A stretch of 64,000 nucleotides of DNA from the NCBI GenBank assembly GCA_963749245.1, contig CAVVNE010000025.1, positions 9,621 through 73,620 of the forward strand, in the 5' to 3' direction. The notes below the pieces were generated by a model. The model was given only the letters and a program-made list of their open reading frames with translations, was not told the DNA's origin and searched no databases. The position numbers were made by a program, and so were the translations under genes. This document shows positions 18,372 to 28,582 of this stretch, piece after piece (within the stretch, counting starts at the first letter, position 1; each line of letters begins with the position of its first letter). This DNA is from Bryobacterales bacterium (lineage in GTDB: Bacteria; Acidobacteriota; Terriglobia; Bryobacterales; Bryobacteraceae).

Positions 18372-19655
18372 GTGGTCCAGCGTTCCCTCCATGAAATCCG
18401 TGAGAGCGATCTTCAGGCGCTCATCGACAACGGCGTTCCCGAAAAGAAGACGATCGAGTACAAGTCGGCCCTACCGGGTCGGACCGATCAGGACAAGAAG
18501 GAGTTTCTTGCGGATGTCTCCTCATTCGCCAATACCTCGGGCGGCGACCTGATTTTCGGCATGGAGGAGGATGCCGGTAGGCCGACGAAGGTCGCCGGGA
18601 TCGTGGCGGCCGATCTTGGGATCGAGAAGGAGCGCCTTGAAAATCTGATCCGCGCGGGACTGGACCCTCGCATCCGCTACGATCTTGCGGAGGTGAGTTG
18701 CGCCACTGGCTGCGTCTTAGTGATTCGGATCGAGCAAAGTTGGGTACGTCCTCATCGCGTAATCCTTAGCGGGCACGACAAGTTCTATGGGCGCAACTCA
18801 ACGGGCAAGTATCCACTGGATGTTGGGGAGTTGCGCGCCACGTTCATGGCATCTGAGTCGATCTATGAGCGAATTCGCGCATTCCGGGTTGATCGAATCA
18901 TTGCGGTCTCGAACGACGACACGCCGGTGCCATTCTCACCGGGCGCGAAGATCGTTCTCCACTGTGTGCCGTTGCAGTCGTTTAGCAATAGAGCGATGGT
19001 TGATCTCCAGTGGCTCTTGAGTCACGAAGCCACTTTTCGGTCCGTGATAGGAACCTACAAGCGCAGCCGCATGAATTTAGACGGCGCGCTCGTCTATGGC
19101 GCAAATCCAACGTCTACCACGGTTTATCTCCAGGCCTTCCGCGATGGAACGATCGAATTTGTTGACGGAGCAATTCTAGGCGGCGACAAAGACATTCCGG
19201 GCGGGCGATATGAGAAGGTTATCATCGCGCACTTGGCCGACAGCCTCGGGGTACTTCAGAAATTCAATTTAGGGGCTCCCGTTGCCCTTATGCTTTCCTT
19301 GACGAACGTGCGTGGTAAAAAGATGCTGGCTCGCAGTCGGGCTTGGGATGACGATCCGGGCTTTCCAATTGCCGCTGAGACGATCATGCTCCCAGAGGCG
19401 ATTGTTGAAGATCTTAGCATCCCGCCCGCAAAAATGCTGAAGCCTCTCTTTGCGGACACTCAGGATCGCCAAACTTCGACGCAGATGGCAATTGGACCGG
19501 CGGACAGTACTTCGGTTGAGCCGACGCCCAAGGCTGAAGCCCGCGCCGCCACGCTTTATTCTGGCTGCTGGCTCCCGGCTCCTGGCTCCTGTTTTCCGGC
19601 TTCCTTCCGCGACTGCTCAAACAGGAAAGCGAGCGTTTTTTCCGTCCTGATATGA
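18372..19655 (+). CDS. AlbA_2 (Schlafen-like, divergent AAA) domain protein; C-terminal end uncertain
   Basis: N-terminal LQALIDNGVPEKKTIEYKSALPG....KKEFLADVSSFANTSGGDLIFGMEE. AGGTGA before the GTG at 18372. The last 100 nt overlap tig. An alternative frame ends at 19519. Confidence 0.6.
   Translation: MVQRSLHEIRESDLQALIDNGVPEKKTIEYKSALPGRTDQDKKEFLADVSSFANTSGGDLIFGMEEDAGRPTKVAGIVAADLGIEKERLENLIRAGLDPRIRYDLAEVSCATGCVLVIRIEQSWVRPHRVILSGHDKFYGRNSTGKYPLDVGELRATFMASESIYERIRAFRVDRIIAVSNDDTPVPFSPGAKIVLHCVPLQSFSNRAMVDLQWLLSHEATFRSVIGTYKRSRMNLDGALVYGANPTSTTVYLQAFRDGTIEFVDGAILGGDKDIPGGRYEKVIIAHLADSLGVLQKFNLGAPVALMLSLTNVRGKKMLARSRAWDDDPGFPIAAETIMLPEAIVEDLSIPPAKMLKPLFADTQDRQTSTQMAIGPADSTSVEPTPKAEARAATLYSGCWLPAPGSCFPASFRDCSNRKASVFSVLI
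19556..19590 (-). repeat. heptamer-based element (GAGCCNG)x4-AATAA forming the 3' end of tig
   Basis: The reverse complement of 19556-19586, GCCAGGAGCCGGGAGCCAGCAGCCAGAATAA, matches 56513-56543 at 29 of 31 positions. Confidence 0.85.
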
Positions 19656-20854
19656 CCAGCGATCCGGGCGATGGCGCCTTCTTTTTGTAACTTCGCGCGC
19701 ACCAGCGCCACTGCTTCCCGCTGCTGGCGTGCGATTTTTTGTACCTCGCGGTCCACCTCGTCCTGCGTCGCTCCGATCGCTTCCCGTTCGGCGATTTTGT
19801 CGAGCAGCAGGGACGCCTTCACGTCGCGCCTGGCTTTGTCTTTTTGCGATTCGCGTACCTTCTGCCAGTCGAGCTTGATGCCGCGCGGGTCGACGCCCTG
19901 GGCTGCCAGCGAGCGCAACTGATTCTCGACGTTAATCTCGACTTGCCGGTCGATGTAGACCTCGGGTACGGCGAAATCGTGAGCGTCGACCAGTTTGTCG
20001 AGCAACTGATGCTTGGCATCGTCCTGAGCTTTGTGCTCGCGGTCATGTTTCAAGGATTTGCGGACAGCTTCTCTCAATTCAAAAACCGTCTGATAATCGC
20101 CTAAGTCCTTGGCGAACTCGTCATTGACTTCCGGCAGTTCCTTGCGGCGCACCGCTTTAAGCGTCGCCTTGAAGCGGACCGTGCGGCCGGCGAGCTGTTT
20201 GCGATCGTAGTCTTCCGGATATGTGACGTCGAACTCTCGGGATTCCTCCGGAGACGCGCCGCGCAGGTTCTCGCTGAATTCCTTCATCGTCGCGTCGTCG
20301 CCGATTTTCAGCATCAGCTCGTCCTGCGACACTTTTTCGGCCACGCCCGAAAGGCTTTCGAGCGAAACGACCGCGTAATCGCCGTCGGCAACGGGTCGAG
20401 GATCCTCGTTGACGTACTCTGCTTTCTGCTCGCGGATTTCCTCGATGCGGGCGTCGACCTCCACGTCGGTCACTTCGGGTTCGTTATAGGTGACGGTGAT
20501 GCCGCGATACTCGCCCAGTTCGAATTTCGGCGCGATTTCAAATTCGGCTTTAAAGGTGATGGGCTCGCCCGAATGAAAATGCACGTCGCTGACGTTCGGT
20601 TGGCCGACCACTTCCAGATGATCCTTGTCGGCGGCGGCGCGGAAGAAGCGCGGGACCAGCTTTTCGAGGACGTCCTGACGGATATCACCCGCGAAGCGTT
20701 GCTTCACCAGGCCCACGGGCGCTTTGCCGGGCCGGAATCCAGGCAGCTTCACTTTCTTCTGAATTTCGAGGACGGCGCGCTCGGTTTCCTTTTCCACCTC
20801 GGCAACGGGGACGGTGACTTCGAGCGAGTGCTTGCAACCTTCGACTAATGCCAT
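19556..20854 (-). CDS. tig: trigger factor
   Basis: N-terminal LEVTVPVAEVEKE.....KKVKLPGFRPGKAP, and an FKBP-type central domain. C-terminal tail QEPGAGSQQPE is encoded by the repeat. Confidence 0.95.
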   Translation of the reverse strand: MALVEGCKHSLEVTVPVAEVEKETERAVLEIQKKVKLPGFRPGKAPVGLVKQRFAGDIRQDVLEKLVPRFFRAAADKDHLEVVGQPNVSDVHFHSGEPITFKAEFEIAPKFELGEYRGITVTYNEPEVTDVEVDARIEEIREQKAEYVNEDPRPVADGDYAVVSLESLSGVAEKVSQDELMLKIGDDATMKEFSENLRGASPEESREFDVTYPEDYDRKQLAGRTVRFKATLKAVRRKELPEVNDEFAKDLGDYQTVFELREAVRKSLKHDREHKAQDDAKHQLLDKLVDAHDFAVPEVYIDRQVEINVENQLRSLAAQGVDPRGIKLDWQKVRESQKDKARRDVKASLLLDKIAEREAIGATQDEVDREVQKIARQQREAVALVRAKLQKEGAIARIAGHIRTEKTLAFLFEQSRKEAGKQEPGAGSQQPE

Positions 20855-20871
20855 GATTTTTTGGGCTTTCC

Positions 20872-20902
20872 CGCCTGTCCGCTCCCTGACGGTCGCGGTT
20901 CA
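20872..20902 (-). repeat. REP-A dispersed repeat copy (TGAACCGCGACCGTCAGGGAGCGGACAGGCG on the minus strand)
   Basis: Matches 36762-36792 at 29 of 31 positions. Lies downstream of ahcY. Confidence 0.85.
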
Positions 20903-20955
20903 GCGTCCACATCGGAGCCGCGATGCGTGAGCATGCGGACAGGCGCGATACGCCA

Positions 20956-23407
<2,452 letters not shown>

Positions 23408-23498
23408 CTTTTCTGCCACTCTTTGAAAGCCTCCAGGGATTTGCTTCGGTTTACCGGGGGAAACCAAAAACTCAAGTGTAACACGGTATACTTTGGTC

Positions 23499-23804
23499 AT
23501 GGAGTACGTAGAGCAGCGAAACGGCGGATATTACGTGGCGGGAACGCGGGTGTCGCTGGATTCGGTGGTGTACGCGTTTCTGGAGGGGGATTCTCCGGAG
23601 GGCATCGCGTATTCGTATCAGGCGCTGACGCTGGAGCAGATCTTCGGAGCGCTGGCGTACTATCTTGCGAATCGCGCGACGATAGACGAGTATCTGCGGC
23701 AGGGCGAGATTGAGTTTGATAGGCTGGCGGCAGAGTCGCGAGCGAAACATCCGGCGTTTTACGCAAAGCTGGACGCGGCCAAGCGGGAAATGTCGACTCG
23801 CTGA
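23499..23804 (+). CDS. DUF433 domain protein (antitoxin-like)
   Basis: [53 protein letters not shown] lies 6 nt before the ATG at 23499 (a TTG at 23493 is also in frame). Confidence 0.8.
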   Translation: MEYVEQRNGGYYVAGTRVSLDSVVYAFLEGDSPEGIAYSYQALTLEQIFGALAYYLANRATIDEYLRQGEIEFDRLAAESRAKHPAFYAKLDAAKREMSTR

Positions 23805-23808
23805 TCGC

Positions 23809-24162
23809 TCACAGCGGAATAAAGATCGCTGCGTTGTGCCATTCGTCAGCCTCCGACGCCGCCCAGATCAGTATGAGCGACTCGATAGCGGCCCGACGAC
23901 TGGCTTTTTGACGAACCGTAATGAGTCCGGGGCTGTGGTGGAGATGGCAGAACTCATCGAAATGCCGCAGCATGGTCTTCCTGTCATGCGAAACGAGGAT
24001 TCGACCTGTTGCCGCAGCAAGAGCGAGAACCTCAGGGTCGGATAACCCACGCGTGCCGCCGTCTGACGCGTTCAGAAAATCAACCAAAGGTTCGCGCCGG
24101 AGCACTGCGGCGACGATTTTCTCGCTGAGATCCGCGTCGGCGATGAATTTTGGTCTTGCCAT
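23809..24162 (-). CDS. DUF5615 family PIN-like nuclease domain protein (toxin-like)
   Basis: MARPKFIADADLSEKIVAAVLRRE....GLSDPEVLALAAATGRILVSHDRKTM...SPGLITVRQ. ATG at 24162. Confidence 0.75.
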   Translation of the reverse strand: MARPKFIADADLSEKIVAAVLRREPLVDFLNASDGGTRGLSDPEVLALAAATGRILVSHDRKTMLRHFDEFCHLHHSPGLITVRQKASRRAAIESLILIWAASEADEWHNAAIFIPL

Positions 24163-24210
24163 GGTAATTGATTGTCCGCATTTACCGCTGCTGCAAATCG
24201 GCAAACCTCA

Positions 24211-24678
24211 CTAAGTCTTTTCCTCAGAAGGAAGTCTCGGTGATAACGGGACAGTGCCAGCCAGCCTAGCCCGTTTTTGTTTCACTACGTTGTCTCGCCC
24301 GCGTTCGCCCATCCACTGGTAAAGGTTTTTCCCCTTACTGATATGAACCTTGACGACTCCCCTCTCGACGAGCCTAGAAAGCACCTGGTGGATGGTCGCC
24401 ATCGAGTTCTTCTGGGTCAACCTAACCCCATGCTCCAGGAGTTCCCTGCGAATTTCAACGGGGCTAAAGAGCCTACTCGGATTGCTGCTGACAACCTTTC
24501 GTATCGACTCGGTAATTCCAGCGTCTGGCCCGATCCAGGCAGCCTTGGCCAATGGCTGAAAGCCCTCAATTCCACGTTCCAGCGCGGCGATCTCGTTGGA
24601 AATGGCATCGCGTTGGTCGTAGAGAAGGGCAAGCCTGTCTTTTGCTTGCTTGATCCAGATGTCGTAGTCGAAATTCAT
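24211..24678 (-). CDS. hypothetical coiled-coil plus winged-helix-like protein, upstream of the PIN-like gene
   Basis: N-terminal heptad-like DRLALLYDQRDAISNEIAALERGIEG. C-terminal SPVEIRRELLEHGVRLTQKNSMATIHQVLSRLVERGVVKV resembles a wHTH. Lower GC than the flanks. Confidence 0.55.
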   Translation of the reverse strand: MNFDYDIWIKQAKDRLALLYDQRDAISNEIAALERGIEGFQPLAKAAWIGPDAGITESIRKVVSSNPSRLFSPVEIRRELLEHGVRLTQKNSMATIHQVLSRLVERGVVKVHISKGKNLYQWMGERGRDNVVKQKRARLAGTVPLSPRLPSEEKT

Positions 24679-24692
24679 GACTAATAAAATTC

Positions 24693-24711
24693 TATCACAT
24701 ATATTATCACA
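24693..24711. promoter_or_regulatory. AT-rich direct repeat TATCACA-N5-TATCACA just upstream of the wHTH/PIN operon (candidate promoter/operator)
   Basis: TATCACA at 24693-24699 and again at 24705-24711, 15-33 nt upstream of the ATG at 24678. Confidence 0.35.
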
Positions 24712-24846
24712 CTTAGGCTAGGCGCGAAGGCCGATCCTGATGGTCTTTTGTCATGGCCGATCAGGGCCGCACCTCTTTAAGTCGTGGCGGAAACATTCGG
24801 GGAACAGTTCCTCTTGTCCTTCGTCTTACTGTTAACCGAGGTTCCT

Positions 24847-27249
24847 ATGCACGACCTTCGCTACGCCTTCCGCCTGATCCGCCAGAACTGGGCCTTCTCC
24901 CTCACCGTGATCGCCATCCTCGCCCTCTGCATCGGAGCAAACGCGGCTGTCCTGGCCGTCGTCAACGGCGCGATGCTGCGGCCGCTTCCTTATCCTCAGC
25001 CCGACCGGTTGACGCAAATCGTCGCGAAATTCCGGTTTGAGGGGAAGGAGGGCACCGCGGATAACTTCGACGGGACCACCTGGGAGGCGATTCACGACCA
25101 TGCATCGTCGCTCGACTCCGCCGTTTACTCTCACGGGGCGAGCGGCATCAACCTTGGCGTAAACGGCAGCGGCGTATACGTGAGGCAGCAGCGGGTGTGC
25201 GCGGGATTTTTCGGCGCGCTCGGCGTCCGGCCGCTCATCGGACGCGAGTTTACAGCCGACGAGGATCGCCCGAAAGGCGCACCTGTCGTGATTCTGAGCC
25301 ACGCTCTGTGGCAAAAATATTTCCACGGCGATCGAAGCGTGATCGGCCGCGGCATCCTGCTGCGCGGCGAGCCGTACACGGTGGTCGGTATCATGCCCGC
25401 CGGGTTCACGTCCGGGGCGAACGCCGATATCTGGACGCCCATCCGCCCTTCACGCACGGGCGAAGGCAGCGGGTCGAATTATCACATCCTGGCCAGGCTA
25501 AGGCCGGGCGCGAGCTGGCAGGAAGCTTCGGCGCAGCTTGCCGTAATCACCGAGGACATGAAACGGGAGGGCGTATTTCATAAGGATAAGAGCGCGACGC
25601 TCGATATTGTTCCGCTGCTCGAAGGGCGCACCTCCGATCTGCGACAGCCTCTAATGCTGCTGTGGGCCGCCGTAGGATTCGTGTTCATTCTGGGTTGCGT
25701 GAACATCGGTGGCATGCTGCTGGCGCGAGCCTCCGGCCGCGTGGGGGAAATCGCGACGCGGCTTGCCCTGGGCGCGCCCTTTTCTCGCATCGTTCGCCAG
25801 TTGCTGATCGAGAGCACTCTCCTCGGGCTGCTCGGTGGCGTAGCGGGCGCGATTGCCGGATGGGGAGCGCTCGCCGGATTAAGGGAGTTCGGCGCGCTGA
25901 CATTTCCGTTTCTTGAAACGATCTCGCTGGACGGCCGCGTCCTCGCCGCGACGCTTATGTTAACGCTCATTGCGGGCATCGCGTTCGGGCTTGCTCCGGC
26001 GTGGCAGGCGACGCGCGTCGATCTGCGGTCGGCGCAATCGGGAAGCCGCGGAGTCGCCGGCCGCAAGCGATTCATCTCCCTCGGCGCGCTGGTCGGTGGA
26101 CAGGTTGCGCTGACCGTGCCGCTGTTGTTCGGCGCGGGTTTGTTCGTCCACACGTTCCTCCATTTGTGGAATCTGAATCCCGGCTTCGATCCGGATCATG
26201 TCCTGACCGCCAAGTTTTCGATGCTCGACGCGCGCTACCAGACCGCGGCGCAGATGACGCAGTTCTATGACAAGGTGTTCGTGCGGCTGCATGAAACTCC
26301 CGGCGTAGAATCGGCCGCGGTGGCAATCTCGCTTCCTTATGAGCGCGCCCTGAACGACGGTGTGAAAGTCCCCGGCTTCGACCGCGACGTCATCACCAAC
26401 CTGACGTACGTGACGCCCGAGTATTTCACCGTATTCCGCATCCCCCTGCTGCGCGGCCGCGCGTTCACGCCCGCCGACTCGGTTGATTCCGCGAAGGTCT
26501 GTATCGTCAACCAGGCTTTCGTGCGGCGCTATTTCAAGAACGGCGGCGCGCTGGGACAGCCGTTGAGCGACGGCGTGATCGTCGGCATTGCGGGGGATGT
26601 GCTTGAAGCCCGCGCCGGATGGGGCGATGCGGGCCCCATAGCCGCCATGCCGGAAGTCTACATTCCGGCAACGCAGGTGGGCGGCGAACTAAGCATGCTG
26701 CATACGTGGTTTGCGCCAAGCTGGATCGTGCGCAGCTCGCTTGACAGCCCTCAGGTCGCCAAAGCGATTGAGGACGCGACGCGTTCGGTCGACCCGATGC
26801 TGCCCATGGTGGCGTTCCGTTCGGTGCGCGACGTGAAGGCGGCATCGCTGACGTTCGAGCGGTTTCTGGCGGCGATCGCGGGCACGATCGGCGCGCTGGC
26901 GATGGTGCTGTCGGCGATGGGAATTTACGGGCTCATTTCGAACCTGGTCACGGAGCGGACCAAAGAGCTCGGGATCAGGATGGCTTTGGGATCGGGGGTG
27001 GGCAGGGCAATCGGGGTCGCGCTGCGGCCGGGATTGATTTGGGTGTTGTGTGGAGTATCGGCGGGCGCGGCCGCGGCACTGGGCTTTGAGAGATTCCTGA
27101 AAAGTTTCCTGTGGGGAGTGCAGCCGGGGGATCCGGTCACGCTCGTGGGAGTGGGATTAGGATTGCTGGCGGCCACAGCGTTGGCGAGTTTGATCCCAGC
27201 GTCGAGGATCGCGCGCTTGAATCCGGCGGATACGTTGCGGAGTGAGTAA
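24847..27249 (+). CDS. ADOP-family (MacB/FtsX-like) permease
   Basis: MHDLRYAFRLIRQNWAFSLTVIAILALCIGANAAV... ends NPADTLRSE. No adjacent PadR or ATPase. Confidence 0.9.
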   Translation: MHDLRYAFRLIRQNWAFSLTVIAILALCIGANAAVLAVVNGAMLRPLPYPQPDRLTQIVAKFRFEGKEGTADNFDGTTWEAIHDHASSLDSAVYSHGASGINLGVNGSGVYVRQQRVCAGFFGALGVRPLIGREFTADEDRPKGAPVVILSHALWQKYFHGDRSVIGRGILLRGEPYTVVGIMPAGFTSGANADIWTPIRPSRTGEGSGSNYHILARLRPGASWQEASAQLAVITEDMKREGVFHKDKSATLDIVPLLEGRTSDLRQPLMLLWAAVGFVFILGCVNIGGMLLARASGRVGEIATRLALGAPFSRIVRQLLIESTLLGLLGGVAGAIAGWGALAGLREFGALTFPFLETISLDGRVLAATLMLTLIAGIAFGLAPAWQATRVDLRSAQSGSRGVAGRKRFISLGALVGGQVALTVPLLFGAGLFVHTFLHLWNLNPGFDPDHVLTAKFSMLDARYQTAAQMTQFYDKVFVRLHETPGVESAAVAISLPYERALNDGVKVPGFDRDVITNLTYVTPEYFTVFRIPLLRGRAFTPADSVDSAKVCIVNQAFVRRYFKNGGALGQPLSDGVIVGIAGDVLEARAGWGDAGPIAAMPEVYIPATQVGGELSMLHTWFAPSWIVRSSLDSPQVAKAIEDATRSVDPMLPMVAFRSVRDVKAASLTFERFLAAIAGTIGALAMVLSAMGIYGLISNLVTERTKELGIRMALGSGVGRAIGVALRPGLIWVLCGVSAGAAAALGFERFLKSFLWGVQPGDPVTLVGVGLGLLAATALASLIPASRIARLNPADTLRSE

Positions 27250-27257
27250 AGGGTCTT

Positions 27258-27360
27258 ATCGGCGTTCATCGGCGTTCATCGGCGGCCATTAATTCTTGAG
27301 AACCGTCGGGCGCGCGAAGCACAATATTTTGGCCGCCGATGAACGCAGATGAACGCCGAT
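27258..27360. repeat. 30-bp inverted repeat (ATCGGCGTTCATCGGCGTTCATCGGCGGCC / GGCCGCCGATGAACGCAGATGAACGCCGAT) with a 43-nt spacer
   Basis: Arms 27258-27287 and 27331-27360 are complementary with 1 mismatch. The right arm contains the ATG of the GxxExxY gene. A third copy lies at 48546-48575. Confidence 0.9.
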
Positions 27361-27734
27361 GCCCGGATTCGCTTACTGAAAACGTCATCGGCGCCATGCT
27401 TGAGGTCTCGAACACGCTTGGTGGTGGATTCCTGGAGAAGGTTTACGAACGCGCGCTGCTCAGAGAACTCTCGCTCCGCGGCGTTCGCGCAAAGCAACAG
27501 GTTTCGTTTCCCGTGTTGTACAAGGGGCACTGCGTTGGCGAATATTTTGCTGACATTCTCGTTGAGGACGTGCTGATCGTCGAGCTGAAATGCGTGGACC
27601 ACTTCGCTAACGAGCACACCGCGCAGTGCCTCAACTATCTGCGCGCATCGGGACGGAGCGTGTGTCTGCTGGTGAACTTTCAAAAATCGAAAGTCGAGTT
27701 GCGACGGATCGTCAACGGGTTTCAGAGTTCCTAG
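27339..27734 (+). CDS. GxxExxY family protein (PD-(D/E)xK-like)
   Basis: LTENVIGAMLEVSNTLGGGFLEKVYERALLRELSLRG..YKGHCVGEYFADILVEDVLIVELKCV, including the GEYFAD (GxxExxY-type) motif. Confidence 0.85.
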   Translation: MNADERRCPDSLTENVIGAMLEVSNTLGGGFLEKVYERALLRELSLRGVRAKQQVSFPVLYKGHCVGEYFADILVEDVLIVELKCVDHFANEHTAQCLNYLRASGRSVCLLVNFQKSKVELRRIVNGFQSS

Positions 27735-27823
27735 AGGGTTCGAGCCAAAGCCGACAGAAGGAGATAAGGAGCAGACCATAGCGGACACGATAGGAACTAG
27801 TCGAAGGAGGGTGCCGACCCGTA

Positions 27824-28432
27824 TCAGACACCCGAGATTCGAGGTCGCCCACGCCAAGGCTTCCATCTTCGCCAAGCGTCGCCGGCTTGAGGGGAAATCG
27901 GAAACGGCGGGTGCTCTTTATACTTGCCCTGCCTGTACAGTGCGGCGCCAGCAGCGACTATCTCAAATTTCACCATATGATTCGGCTGAATCCGAGAAGT
28001 TCGCTCCTGAGAAATGAGCGGACTGATGTGCTGCCACGCAATAATAATCGGACGAGAGTAGAAGTCAAAGAGAAACTCCGTCGGTATCACTCGGTGCTTG
28101 ACAAGGAGGCCAATTTTGTCGTAGACGCGCGCCAGCTGATCGAGCTTTTTTTGGAGTTCCAAAGACACCTTCAAGATATCAAAAGGTCGGTTGTTATCCT
28201 TGGCAAGTTTAAGTTGCCCCTCGAGCAAGTGCCTCAAGTTTCTCAACTCATCGTCCTTGCCTTCGAGCAGCGCAACGGTGTCGAAGTAAATCTTCGAGCG
28301 GAGGCTCCGCCAGACGGCTAAGAGATTTGGAACGACAGCCGCCAGCGCGATCAAGGTCGCAACCACAGTCGCGACGTTGCGGGCGTCATCAAGCGTCAGG
28401 GTCATTTCTTGCGCACCAGAGAGAACAGCCAT
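27824..28432 (-). CDS. hypothetical membrane-anchored protein, DUF4760-like
   Basis: AGGTGA lies 4 nt before the ATG at 28432. One N-terminal TM helix (VATVVATLIALAAVVPNLLAVW), then a helical domain (LDQLARVYDKIGLLVKHRVIPTEFLFDFYSRPIIIAWQHISPLI) reminiscent of DUF4760. Lower GC. Confidence 0.5.
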   Translation of the reverse strand: MAVLSGAQEMTLTLDDARNVATVVATLIALAAVVPNLLAVWRSLRSKIYFDTVALLEGKDDELRNLRHLLEGQLKLAKDNNRPFDILKVSLELQKKLDQLARVYDKIGLLVKHRVIPTEFLFDFYSRPIIIAWQHISPLISQERTSRIQPNHMVKFEIVAAGAALYRQGKYKEHPPFPISPQAGDAWRRWKPWRGRPRISGV

Positions 28433-28582
28433 TTTATCACCTGATGTAAATTTACGTCTAATACGCTCCGACAAACGCTCCGACCCCCTGATCTGCCGCT
28501 GTTGGCATGCAGTATCATACGAAATTGGCATCTGGCGCCAGGGCTGGGATCTGTGAGTCGGGTATCCAATCGATAATGAGCA

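Noticed and set aside
23408-23498. Possible SAM/SAH-type riboswitch in the metK-ahcY leader.
   Set aside because: Only about 90 nt separate metK from the divergent DUF433 gene. I could not find S-box (GAGGGA..GCCC..GCAACC), SAM-II or SAH core motifs by eye. A small GGUUU..AAACC hairpin is not diagnostic. A covariance-model scan (Rfam SAM families, SAH) would be decisive.
28500-28530. TTGGCATGCAGTATCAT as a sigma54 (-24/-12) promoter in the DUF4760/AAA+ divergent region.
   Set aside because: The GG is present, but there is no GC dinucleotide at the required 10-nt spacing.
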